A stretch of 62,909 nucleotides of DNA, filler included, from Octopus bimaculoides (GCF_001194135.2; 12 parts of 12 records of this genome joined end to end with filler, not necessarily neighbours in it), one strand, 5' to 3'; positions 38,273 to 50,595 are shown, counted from the first letter of the whole stretch. A program made the numbers and translations. The notes: generated by a model from the sequence alone, not told the origin.

Positions 38273-39489
38273 TTATAACACCAAAAAATTTTCCAATCTC
38301 TTGTTTTGATATATAATTACTCTGCAGAAGGAATAAGGATTCAAGAAGAGTAAAGTAAAAAAGAAAAGAGCCAGAGCAGCAAGCAGGTTTCTTGCTGAAG
38401 AGGAGCTGTATGACTTCTCATATTTTAAAAATGGTGGAGCAAGAAATTGGTGATGAGGTACTAAGGTGGGTAGGAATGAGTGGCATAGGGATGGCAGAAA
38501 TGAGTGAAAGGACTTGGGGATGTCTAGTATGGGACAGCAGAATAGACGATGATACAGTAAACTGGAGACATGCTTTTGTCCATGGGGGCTTTTTATCTGG
38601 ATCCCAATTGGAGGACAAAAGCCCCCACCCCACCCACAAAAGCCCCCTAGGACAAAATTTTCCCCGGATAAAAGTCCCACAGTTCTCAGACATACTTTTT
38701 TTGAGGAAAAAAAATTGCTTCTAAATAAATGACCAATAATTTGGGAATAAATAAATTTGACATTGATTGCACTGTGATTTTGTGATCACTCTCTTATAAT
38801 AAGGCTACATTTTATACTCTTTGTGTCCAGTAACGGTCAACACACTGATATGCAGTGTTCTTTATTATTAGAGAGAGAAAAAAAACTATGACAAGTAAAG
38901 CTGTGCAGCAAAACCAGATGAGAAAATAAATTTTAGGAAATAGGTCAGCATGACATAGTTTTCTAAACTTTTTTTTTGTTGATGACATAATACATTTTCA
39001 CATTCAGTTTGATTTTCTTCATCACACACACACACACACACGTACACAAAAGTGTGTGTTTGTTTATGTGTATGCTTGTTATGTACGTATATACTTGATT
39101 GCTTCTGTTATGTAGGCTTTATGCTTCTACACATTTCTTGAAGTATGTTCTGTTATTCTATTCTATTTATCTATTTTCGATTGAATATATTTTGTTTACT
39201 TAGAAAGTTTGGAAAATAATTTTTTTTTTTCACCCGCAATTTCCCTTTTTGTTTGTCTGAAATTATATTAAAATAAAAAATTAAGATTTGGTTGTTATTT
39301 CTAGCATGTGGAGAGACCTAACTTCATGTGCTGGTTGAAAAATCATCTAAAAAAGATTCTGTTGTCGATACATTTGACTAAAAATTACTCAAAGCAGTGC
39401 CGTAGCATGACCACAGTCATTGCAACAAGTAAAAAGAAAAAAAAATATATATATATCACAGAAGTAGTTTTGATCAGGCTTAAAAAAAA

Positions 39490-39670
39490 AATTCTGGGTT
39501 CCATACAGCTATTTAAAAATTCTTCAAGGTGGTGCCCCAGCATGAGCGGCTGCTGTCTAATAACTGCAAGAAGTAAAAAATAATAAAAATTCTGGGGTTG
39601 ATACGTTCAACTAAAAATTCTTCAAGGCGATGCCCCAGCATGGCCACAGCCTAATGACTGAAACAAGTGG
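39490..39670 (+). mobile_element. Two tandem SINE family A 3' ends
   Basis: aaaaattcttcaagg(t/c)g(g/a)tgccccagcatg occurs twice about 90 bp apart. Confidence 0.55.
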
Positions 39671-40346
39671 AAAATGAAAAGAAAAAAAAAATTACCGAAA
39701 AATTTAACCATGGGGCATTTGTCCACTTTCACACTTTAATTATGGAGCTTTTGTCCAAAGNNNNNNNNNNNNNNNNNNNNNNNNNNNNNNNNNNNNNNNN
39801 NNNNNNNNNNNNNNNNNNNNNNNNNNNNNNNNNNNNNNNNNNNNNNNNNNNNNNNNNNNNNNNNNNNNNNNNNAGGGGGTTTTGCCCTGGGGTGGGGGTA
39901 GGGGGCCGGATCCCATAAAGCAATTGTGACTTTTTTTCCATGTAACTTTATTACCGGCCACCATAAAATGGATTGTGACTTTTTTCCTGTGTTTCTTTTT
40001 TTTCCCTAGCCAAAATTGTGACTTTATTACCGGTCACCTTTGTCCAGACCCCATTTAACATGATAACAATAAATAGTTCAGGATGACCTCTATGAAAAAT
40101 TTCTCATACAAGACAAAAAGCCACAGGAAAAAAGAAAACCACAGAATATACATGCAATGCCACCATACTATGTAAGGTGTTTTCAGTTTGGACATGTCAA
40201 GTATTTGTCAATAAATGACTGATTAAAATTTCTTTTCATTTTCATATTTTGCTTAAAATTTGAATAAAAGGTTGTTGTTTTTTTACATATATATAACACC
40301 AATAAATATAAATTGTGTACAAGTTTATACTGTCAAATAATAACTG

Positions 40347-40450
40347 CACATTATTTACATTATTTACATTTGACGGATATTTGTCCTCATCTTGATTGTT
40401 GTTAACACAACGTTTCGGCTGATATACCCTCCAGCCTTCATCAGGTGTCA
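40347..40450 (-). mobile_element. Penelope-like element terminal fragment
   Basis: Hammerhead followed by a short tail ending in (AAATAATGT)x2. Minimal hammerheads are an established feature of PLE terminal repeats. Confidence 0.6.
40403..40450 (-). ncRNA. Minimal type I hammerhead ribozyme motif (Penelope-type)
   Basis: Minus strand TGACAC CTGATGA A GGCTG-GAGGGTATAT-CAGCC GAAA CGTT GTGTTA. Intact core, 5-bp stem II, palindromic ACGT stem III, 6-bp stem I (one G.U), GUU cleavage triplet. Confidence 0.8.
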
Positions 40451-40629
40451 AATTTTACAAAATGTGATCGAAGATTACGAGTTGAAAAACATGATCTTTC
40501 AAAAGAAAGATTGTCATTAAGTCTAATTACAAATTAAATAGTAAGAGCAAAGCATATAAACTTTCAAGTTCTAAGCAAAGGGAAAATAGAACTGAGAAAA
40601 CAGATTTTGTCATATATATATCTATATCT

Positions 40630-41065
40630 CATCTTCATCGTCGTCGTTTAACGTCCGCTTTCCATGCTGGTATGGGTTGGACAGTTTGACTGAGGACTAG
40701 CGAGCCAGAAGGCTGCAGCAGGCTCCAATCTGATCTGGCAGAGTTTCTACAGCTGGATGCCCTTCCTAACGCCAACCACTCCGAGAGTGTAGTGGGTGCT
40801 TTTACGTGCCACCAGCACGAAGGCCAGTCAGGTGGTACTGGCAACCACCATGCTCAAAATGGTGTATTTTACGTGCCACCTGCACAGAAGCCAGTCCAGT
40901 GGCACTGGCAACGACCACGCTCGAATGTTGTTTTTCCTGTGCCACCAAGGCAATGCTGGCAATGATCACGTTCGAATGGTGCTTTTTACGTGCCACCAGC
41001 ATGGGAGCCAATCTGTGGCCCTGGTAATGATCACACTCAGATGTGCTTTTAATGTTCCACTGGCC
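40630..41065 (-). mobile_element. RTE 3' UTR copy with about 4 internal subrepeats
   Basis: Reverse complement of the same UTR. ttttacgtgccacc recurs every ~55-70 nt. Confidence 0.8.
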
Positions 41066-41209
41066 CAAGCGATTTTGATTTCGATTTATATATATATATA
41101 TATATTGTTGTATTTCAGGATGGTCATTTTTTTGCCAAATAAACACACACACTATATATTGTCTTCTTCACTCATTTATTACTGTTCTTATTTTATTATT
41201 TTAACGTTA

Positions 41210-41556
41210 CCAGTGTCACCTTACTGGCACTTGTGCTGGTGGCACGTGAAAAAACATTCGAGCAAGGTCGTTGCCAGTGCTGATGGACTGGCTCCTGTGC
41301 AGGTGGCACGTAAAAAACACCATTTTGAGCGTGGCCGTTGCCATTACCGCCTGACTGGCCTTCATGTCAGTGGCACGTAAAAGCATCCACTACACTCTCT
41401 GAGTGGTTGGCGTTAGGAAGGGCATCCAGCTGTAGAAACTTTGCCAAATCAGATTGGAGCCTGGCGTAGCCATCTGGTTCGTCAGTCCTCAGTCAAACCG
41501 TCCAGCTCATGCTAGCATGGAAAGCGGACATTAAACGATGATGATGATGATGATGA
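41210..41556 (+). mobile_element. RTE 3' UTR copy
   Basis: Same UTR with (GAT)n tail, inverted relative to 40630-41065. Confidence 0.8.
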
Positions 41557-41714
41557 ACTCATGTCCATTGTCTGGAAATCTTCTGTTACACATCTGTGAC
41601 CTCTTCAGCAACACTTTTCGTTTCCGTGTGTGTTCTTGCTCCACTTACGCCATTCTGTTCTTCTAAGATGCGTATCATAATGTGTGCATGTGTTTGTGCC
41701 CTTGTGTGTGTGTG

Positions 41715-41775
<61 letters not shown>

Positions 41776-43108
41776 NNNNNNNNNNNNNNNNNNNNNNNNN
41801 NNNNNNNNNNNNNNNNNNNNNNNNNNNNNNNNNNNNNNNNNNNNNNNNNNNNNNNNNNNNNNNNNNNNNNNNNNNNNNNNNNNNNNNNNNNNNNNNNNNN
41901 NNNNNNNNNNNNNNNNNNNNNNNNNNNNNNNNNNNNNNNNNNNNNNNNNNNNNNNNNNNNNNNNNNNNNNNNNNNNNNNNNNNNNNNNNNNNNNNNNNNN
42001 NNNNNNNNNNNNNNNNNNNNNNNNNNNNNNNNNNNNNNNNNNNNNNNNNNNNNNNNNNNNNNNNNNNNNNNNNNNNNNNNNNNNNNNNNNNNNNNNNNNN
42101 NNNNNNNNNNNNNNNNNNNNNNNNNNNNNNNNNNNNNNNNNNNNNNNNNNNNNNNNNNNNNNNNNNNNNNNNNNNNNNNNNNNNNNNNNNNNNNNNNNNN
42201 NNNNNNNNNNNNNNNNNNNNNNNNNNNNNNNNNNNNNNNNNNNNNNNNNNNNNNNNNNNNNNNNNNNNNNNNNNNNNNNNNNNNNNNNNNNNNNNNNNNN
42301 NNNNNNNNNNNNNNNNNNNNNNNNNNNNNNNNNNNNNNNNNNNNNNNNNNNNNNNNNNNNNNNNNNNNNNNNNNNNNNNNNNNNNNNNNNNNNNNNNNNN
42401 NNNNNNNNNNNNNNNNNNNNNNNNNNNNNNNNNNNNNNNNNNNNNNNNNNNNNNNNNNNNNNNNATATATATATATATATACATATACATTAACCTGTGA
42501 GAAATGCTGACATCCATTACCTGTGTGATTATGATGATAGTTATAGTGTAGGGGGTGGTAGTAGTGTTGAAAAGCGGTGATGGTACTGGTGGCAATGTGA
42601 TTGAGCAGATCTCTAATAAAAGATATTCCAGCCATGACCGTTCTGTCTTCTTCCACCCATAGTGTATATGTAGAACTACATGATATTCCACAATATGAAT
42701 TTCTGTTTTTTTAAGGTGGAAGATCATAATTTTAGGAAGGTTTTACTACTATGTCTAGCAAATTGATTAACCTTATAGAGACTTCATTGTATACTTAATG
42801 GAATAGTATTTAGTGCTTGTGGGACATTGTTATTGCTGTAGTTGTTGTTTAGCCCCAATTTAGCACTAAGAAGGAAAATGGTTAAAGAGCTTTCTAACTT
42901 CAATCATCCTGACCTCCTGGGTATTGCAAACTGAGAACAAAGTTTTCCAACATGTACCTTTAAACTGATAGAGTGTTATATGAAAGTGATTTGGCAGTTA
43001 CCTATAGCAGGTCTGGTAATCATACAGAGTGTTCCATAATATTGTTTTGCTCCAAGTCATTCCTGATCCAGAAAACTTACAAATCAAAAGCATTTCAGCC
43101 ATGACCTT

Positions 43109-43139
<31 letters not shown>

Positions 43140-43142
<3 letters not shown>

Positions 43143-43838
43143 AGAGAGACGACTGCACTGGTATGGTATTGTGTTGCAAATGGATGAGGACAGCTGTGTG
43201 AAAAAGTGCCACACCCTAGCATTTGAGGGAACCTGTGGAAGAAGTAGACCCAGGAAGACCTGGGATGAGGTGGTGAAGCACGACCTTCGAACATTGGGCG
43301 TCACCGAGGCAATGACAAGTGACTGAGACTTTTGGAGATATGCTGTGCTTGAGAAGAACTGGCAAGCTAAGTGAGACCATAACCGTGGCCTATATCAGTG
43401 GTGTATAACCAGCCCACTTATGAGTATCCTTCAATAAACTATGCTTGCGAAGACCTGTTGAAGCAAGTGAAATCGCTGTCTTGGCTGATGACAGTACCGC
43501 CTGATTGGCACCCGTGCCAGTGGAATGTTAAAAGCACCATTCGAGTGTGGTTGTTGCCATTGCTGCTGGACTGGCTCCTGTGCAGGTGGCACATAAAAGG
43601 CACCATTTGAGTGTGGCTGATGCCATTACCGTCTTATTGCCGGTAGCACGTAAAAGCACGCACTATACTCTCGGAGTGGTTGGTGTTAGAAACGGCATCT
43701 AGCTGTAGAATCTTTACCAAATCAGATTGGAGACTGGTGCAGCCTTCTGGCTTGCCAGTCCTCAGTCAAACCGCCCAACTCATGCCAGCATGGAAAGCAG
43801 ATGTTAAACAATAACAACGACAATGACGATGATGATGG
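43140..43838 (+). mobile_element. RTE-clade LINE 3' end (ORF2 C-terminus + 3' UTR + (GAT)-like tail)
   Basis: Translates VQERRLHWYGIVLQMDEDSCVKKCHTLAFEGTCGRSRPRKTWDEVVKHDLRTLG (RLxWxGH...GRPRKTW...DL motif of RTE), then 3' UTR ending ccatgccagcatggaaagcagatgttaaac. Confidence 0.85.
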
Positions 43839-43869
<31 letters not shown>

Positions 43870-44829
43870 TGGAAGGTTTGGAGGTGATGTACAGGAATTA
43901 TATTATAGAAAAAAATGAAGGTACTCAGAAATCTGGATGGTTGTACATTTACAGATTTTTTATTAATATGTCACATGTTTTATAAATCATATAAAGCGCT
44001 TTTCACCTCATCTTGTAGGATTTTCAAATTTTTGATTTCACCTTGCGATGCCGTCTCTTTATATAGTTTTATTGAGTGTGTAGGGGTGGAGAGAGAGATA
44101 TATAGGATAGTAAGAGAGGGTGAGGAATGGAGGGAAAAGTGAGAGAGAGAGAGAGAGAGAGTGTGTGTGTGTGTGACTGTGTTGGTGTGTGTGCCTGTGT
44201 GCATGCGTGTGTGTGTGCCTGTGTATCTGAAAGGAGTGTCAATGGGGAAGAGAAAAGAAGAAAATTGTGCTTATAGTTGGTCAGTTCTGTCAATGATAAG
44301 TTTATTCTTGGCCTTTTAAAGAAATATATATATATATATATATATATANNNNNNNNNNNNNNNNNNNNNNNNAGTTATATAAAGAGACGAAAGTTCGGGA
44401 TGTTGTTAAACCATTTATATCTCGAAGTCTTCTACATATGTTTCAACACACGCGCTCCAAAAATGTCTGACAGGATAAATTATGGTCAGCAATGCCTAGA
44501 TTTCATCAGGAAGGATATAAATAACAAACTCATCAAACAAACATGTTAACAGAAATAGAAAGTCCTATAGAATGTAATGTATTTATATTCATATGTACAC
44601 ATGCATACACACACTCAAATATGTGACGTGTAAATATAAACATTATATATATATATATACATTATATCCATACAAAGTGTTCGTCTCCTTATTCAATTTC
44701 CCTTTTTACTACTAAATACGACTTACTATCCTGGATTTAAATCCTGGAATGTTTAAGCAACATTTAACTACCTTTCATTTCCCTGGATTTTTCCTATAAA
44801 TTGTAAACTATATATAAATATATATAGTC

Positions 44830-45010
44830 AATTCAAACACGAAAAAACAACAATACGAGGGCATGGAATAAGTACAGTGTTATTGGACACTCAGGAAAGG
44901 AAAGAAAAGAAAGAGGATTTCATATTTCGAGTGGAGCTCTTCATCAGAAATATAGAAAAATCCAAAGAAGGGAAGACAGAGAAAGAAAATCGCCAACGAT
45001 ACACACACAG
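44830..45010 (-). mobile_element. Penelope-like element terminal fragment (second family)
   Basis: Contains the decayed hammerhead. Flanks differ from the 40.4 kb element. Confidence 0.45.
44917..44951 (-). ncRNA. Decayed minimal hammerhead ribozyme motif
   Basis: Minus strand ATTT CTGATGA A GAG-CTCCA-CTC GAAA TATG AAAT. Core intact, but the triplet is AUG (non-cleavable). Confidence 0.6.
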
Positions 45011-45024
45011 TCCACTAAGCCTTA

Positions 45025-45395
45025 TAAAGGAGATGACAAAGGACTGACATATATGGTGCATTGCTGTACATAAGGAGATCTGGTCACTACAACATAATTG
45101 ATATCTTAAAACCACATTGGTAATGCTGGTTCATGAAGGGCTCTTCCCCATCAGTATTCTCCCTACCACCACTACATTTCATCCCCTAACTCCCAAAAAG
45201 CCCTAGTGCTGGTGTCACATAAAAAGCATTTGTAATGGTGCCATGTGAAAAGTGTTTGGCATTAGGAAGGGCATCCAACTGTAGAAACCAAGTCAAAACA
45301 GACTATGGAACCTGGTGCTGTTCCTGGCCTTTCCAATTCCTGTCAAACCATCCAACTCATGCCAGCATGGAAGACAGACGTCAAATGGTGATAAT
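45025..45395 (+). mobile_element. Older RTE 3' end fragment
   Basis: ggagatgacaaaggactgac...ttggcattaggaagggcatccaactgtagaaacc...catgccagcatggaagac. Confidence 0.6.
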
Positions 45396-45936
45396 GCAGA
45401 GGAGGAGGACTAACACGTGTCCTTCTGTATTAGAATAGGCATACTGTGTGTTGAAAGAGACAATTAAAAATGTGTTAGTCACTTGAAGGCCAACCATCCA
45501 TAAAACACTACTTTGGAAAAATCCACCTAACCCATGCCAGCATAGAAAGGCAATACATAAAACAAATGATTATGACATTGTTCTATGTGTCTTTTCTAAG
45601 ATAGCAGAGTATAATTTGAGAAAGATTTGGCCATTATTTCTAGCAGTTTGTTGTAATTAGTGGTGGTGGTAGGGGGGGGGGTAGTGCTGGTGCTGGAGGT
45701 GTTACTAGAAATTTTCTATATACTTTTTATGAATAAAATTTCATTACAATTACATGCATGGTGGCGGCGTTCATTGTAGTGGTTAAGTGGTGGTGTTGGT
45801 GTTGGTGATGGTAGTGGTGTTGGTGGTGGTGGTGGTGTTGGTGTTGGTGGTGGTGGTGGTGGTGATGGTGGAATTACACCTACTCAAAAACTCAACTTGT
45901 TGTTACAGAATGCTTACAGGAAACATGGTGCATTAC

Positions 45937-46041
45937 CTTCAAAAATTTATCAAACTTCTCAAGTGATTCTTTCAGCTGAAGTTCTTTTCTTTCCAGCTCA
46001 CCACGTCTCTGTTGAAGACGTTCCATTTTGGTCTGGAACTC
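45937..46041 (-). CDS. CFAP73: Internal coding exon of a CFAP73/CCDC42-family (DUF4200) ciliary coiled-coil protein
   Basis: Acceptor ...ctaatgtaattcataactttcag, donor AAG|gtaatg. 105 nt, phase 0/0, open frame EFQTKMERLQQRRGELERKELQLKESLEKFDKFLK. Matches the remembered family motif EF.+KME.L..R.EELE.KE.QLKESL.KFDKFLK. CFAP73 vs CCDC42 not resolvable from one exon. Confidence 0.88.
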
Positions 46042-46499
46042 CTGAAAGTTATGAATTACATTAGCTGTCATTATATCTTAACTGTCTGTGTGATTAACAA
46101 GAAATTTTTATTTGCAGACTATCTGGTTTCAGTATTGACATCGCAATGAGGTGCAAACTGCACTTAATGACGTAGTAAAGAGGTTGGGATGAAACCAGAA
46201 GATTTTATATAGATATTTACATGTGAAACTGTAAACCTATTCTGCTCAGAAGCAAGACTGGAATGAGGTTTTATATAGAAATCAACACATAAAACTGTAA
46301 ACCTAATCCATTATGTATATGGTGTAAGAATAAAGTTTAACCCTTTTGTTCCCCTATTATTCAGGGTCATTTATCTGGATTTGAAAACTACTAGTAATTG
46401 CTTGTCTTCTTTGATGGCAACATATTTATGTAAATTCACCTCTATTCTACCAGTATATAAGTGTGTTCTGTATCTTAGATTCATTATATTATCATTCAG

Positions 46500-46835
46500 G
46501 AGGCTGATCTCAAAATGTTGAGCCTTACAAAGGAGATGACAGAGGACCAAGATATGTGGCACATTGCTGTACTCAAGAAAACCTGCCCACCACAACAGAA
46601 TTGAGATCCTAAAATCAAGGTGCCATGTAAAAAAGCCTTGGTGTGAGTGCTGGTGCCACATAAAAAGCACTGGTGATGGTACCACACAAAAAGCACCCAG
46701 CTTACTCTGTAAAGTGGTTGGCATTAGGAAGGGCATCCAGCCATAGAAACCAAGCCAAAACAGATTATGGAACCTGGTGTGGCTCCTGGCCTTGCTAGCT
46801 CCTGTCAGCATGGAAAATGGATGTTAAATGATGAT
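46500..46835 (+). mobile_element. Older RTE 3' end fragment
   Basis: Translates EADLKMLSLTKEMTEDQDMWHIAVLKK, then UTR and tgatgatga tail. Confidence 0.65.
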
Positions 46836-47123
46836 GAGGGTGTTGGCATATAAAAACACAATATACACATATGTATATACACAGATATTTTAGACACAGA
46901 TCTATCATGAGTCCTAGGTCTCATAAGGCTGCAGTTTAACCCAATTTCCATGATGTGACTGAGATTAGAACACGCACTCAATGAACTGATATCAGTCCAT
47001 CCCAGGGATTAAACCTTATAAAGGTGTCTACAACTGAGTGAATTGGAGCAATATGAAATGGCCAGTCCAGGAACTGAAACCATAATTTTATGATTGCAAG
47101 TGCAATGCTCAAACCACTCAGGG

Positions 47124-47173
<50 letters not shown>

Positions 47174-47334
47174 NNNNNNNNNNNNNNNNNNNNNNNNNNN
47201 NNNNNNNNNNNNNNNNNTTAATTAATTAANNNNNNNNNNNNNNNNNNNNNNNNNNNNNNNNNNNNNNNNNNNNGTGTGCATGTGCATGCACATGTCTTCA
47301 TGTCTTTGTATCTGTGTTTGCCTACCACAACCAC

Positions 47335-47510
47335 TTGACAACCGGTGTTGGTGTGTTTACATCCCAGTAATTCAGCAGAGACCAATCAAATTAGAATCAG
47401 ACTCAAAACAATATTAAGTACCGGGGTTGATGTGCTCGGCTAAAACTCTTCAAAGCAGTGCCCCAGCATGGCCACAGTCTAATGACCGAAACAACCAAAA
47501 GATAAAAGAG
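47335..47510 (+). mobile_element. SINE family A, 3' part
   Basis: cacttgacaaccggtgttggtgtgtttac...gcagtgccccagcatggccacagtc. Confidence 0.6.
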
Positions 47511-49604
47511 CTGTGAGATACTCAGCCACATGACCACTAATTCAACTAGCAAATAATGAGCAGGTGGCTCAACAAACAAAAGCTCATTGTGAAAAGACAA
47601 CAGAGAGACATTTAATTACTTAGCTACTGCCAAGTGTACATACGTATGGGCGTCAGTGTGTGTATGCAAATGTGGGTTAATGCATGTGGTTGCATGTGTT
47701 AATGTGCTTGTTTGTATGTGTGAGCGTCTGTGTTAATAACTGGTGTTTCTAATTTTCTAAATACTGGTATTTGACAAACAATTGTTTATTTATTGACACT
47801 ACAAAACTCATATATATATTTATATATATATATATATATNNNNNNNNNNNNNNNNNNNNNNNNNNNNNNNNNNNNNNNNNNNNNNNNNNNNNNNNNNNNN
47901 NNNNNNNNNNNNNNNNNNNNNNNNNNNNNNNNNNNNNNNNNNNNNNNNNNNNNNNNNNNNNNNNNNNNNNNNNNNNNNNNNNNNNNNNNNNNNNNNNNNN
48001 NNNNNNNNNNNNNNNNNNNNNNNNNNNNNNNNNNNNNNNNNNNNNNNNNNNNNNNNNNNNNNNNNNNNNNNNNNNNNNNNNNNNNNNNNNNNNNNNNNNN
48101 NNNNNNNNNNNNNNNNNNNNNNNNNNNNNNNNNNNNNNNNNNNNNNNNNNNNNNNNNNNNNNNNNNNNNNNNNNNNNNNNNNNNNNNNNNNNNNNNNNNN
48201 NNNNNNNNNNNNNNNNNNNNNNNNNNNNNNNNNNNNNNNNNNNNNNNNNNNNNNNNNNNNNNNNNNNNNNNNNNNNNNNNNNNNNNNNNNNNNNNNNNNN
48301 NNNNNNNNNNNNNNNNNNNNNNNNNNNNNNNNNNNNNNNNNNNNNNNNNNNNNNNNNNNNNNNNNNNNNNNNNNNNNNNNNNNNNNNNNNNNNNNNNNNN
48401 NNNNNNNNNNNNNNNNNNNNNNNNNNNNNNNNNNNNNNNNNNNNNNNNNNNNNNNNNNNNNNNNNNNNNNNNNNNNNNNNNNNNNNNNNNNNNNNNNNNN
48501 NNNNNNNNNNNNNNNNNNNNNNNNNNNNNNNNNNNNNNNNNNNNNNNNNNNNNNNNNNNNNNNNNNNNNNNNNNNNNNNNNNNNNNNNNNNNNNNNNNNN
48601 NNNNNNNNNNNNNNNNNNNNNNNNNNNNNNNNNNNNNNNNNNNNNNNNNNNNNNNNNNNNNNNNNNNNNNNNNNNNNNNNNNNNNNNNNNNNNNNNNNAT
48701 ATATATATATATATAGATATATACCAACAGATAATTGTAAATAGCCACATATGACAGCACATCAAACGAATCTTCCGTAACTCTAATTTACTCTCACAAC
48801 CCACATCAACTTAATATCAAATTAAATCATTTCCATTTCTCACTCCTATCACCACCTGACAAGAAACCTACATAAAGGAACACCACATTGATCTTCATTA
48901 ATGGACCTTATTCTCGAGTGTCCTTTCATGGCAGTCAATGTTCTTTCACCTATAACTAATATTCTAACAGAACACAATCGCCACCTCTTTGATTATGACA
49001 TCTTACAATACGGAAAACTCAGGTCGCCCTCACCTTCTCATATAGCTTAGAGAATATTAACCCTTACGGTACCAAACCATCCAAGACCGACTCTGGTTCT
49101 GTGATACAAACAAAACTTCATGTTTAAAATTGTTCATATTTTAAATTAAGATATTCTGTCATAATTTCATGTTAGAAACTTTTATTGAGTTCTGTTTCAA
49201 ACACAAACCTAATAATGATAAACATAGTAGTTTTCATAAATCCTTGCAAATTGATTTATTAAAATTACAAAATTAATTGAAATATGAAGACAGTGTATTT
49301 CATGAGAAATATGGTTATAAAAGAGTTAATACTACCTCTCACCACTACCCCTCNNNNNNNNNNNNNNNNNNNNNNNNNNNNNNNNNNNNNNNNNNNNTTA
49401 ATTAATTAANNNNNNNNNNNNNNNNNNNNNNNNNNNNNNNNNNNNNNNNNNNNCTAGAATCCGAACTCTAAAATTGTTACACACATAGATACGCACAGCG
49501 TAATTTATTATATAAACAATATATGCGTATAAATTACGATTAAACCGGATGAAATATGTCACAGGGAATAACATTTTTATGACCGCCCAGCAGTAACTCT
49601 ATTG

Positions 49605-49810
49605 AGCTGAATAGACGTCAGTGATTGGTTGAAATTACAGAAATACGACAACTTTAACATGGAATAACTTGCGATGTACGTTTTTTTGTTAAGAAGACTA
49701 AGAGTAAAAGATGTTTTATATGACACATTCTACCAGTGTCCCAAGTTTCAAAGTGTTTCGTTAGTGTTTCGTTAAGAAAATACTGGTGCCCCCGTTTTGA
49801 AATAGATCCC
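49605..49810. mobile_element. Right arm of a second foldback copy
   Basis: Near-identical to 27473-27665. Ends cccccgttttgaaatagatccc. Confidence 0.8.
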
Positions 49811-50005
49811 AAGGCCTGAAATTCTTGGAGAGAGGATTAGTCGATTACATCGACCCCGGTGCTTAACTGGTACTTAATATTATCGACGCCAAAGAGATGG
49901 AAGGCAAAGTCAACCTCGGCGGTATTTGAACTCAGAAAGTAAAATTGGAAGAAACGCTGCTGAGCATTTCGTCTGGCGAGCTAACGATTTACCCAGCTCG
50001 CCACC
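49811..50005 (-). mobile_element. SINE family B
   Basis: agtcgattacatcgaccccggtgcttaactggtac...ggcaaagtcaacctcggcggtatttgaactcag. Confidence 0.7.
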
Positions 50006-50490
50006 TTTGCTCCTCGCCATTTATCACTATCACCAACAACGCCATATTATTAACTATTCCAATCTTAAAAATATACTCTCAGTTTTTTTGACAATTTTTT
50101 TTCTTATTAGCAGTTGATGCCATTGTCATTGAATTCAGACAATAAGAATGAATAAAAGAGAGAGATGGAGAGGGAGAGAGAGAGAGTGGTTGCGGGACTA
50201 ACACCATGCATACATTGTTATATTGTGTTAACTTACACGAGTGGCCAATGTTGAATTCTTAATTTTTAAGAGATTCCCAATTAATAGACTGGGATTATAA
50301 AGTACTGTATTATAATATATCACTGTAAAAATGCTATATTTCAACACTAATATGTTAAACTGAACATGGTCTCGCAGGGAATGTTTTCCTCAAAATCTAT
50401 CGGGATGGGGGAGGGTCACCTAAAATCCTGGGGAATATCACTGCTTACACTCGTGCCAAGGTTTACTATCACTAACTTGCTTGTTGGCGC

Positions 50491-50496
50491 ATACAT

Positions 50497-50529
<33 letters not shown>

Positions 50530-50564
50530 TACATACATACATACATACATACATACATACATAG

Positions 50565-50595
<31 letters not shown>

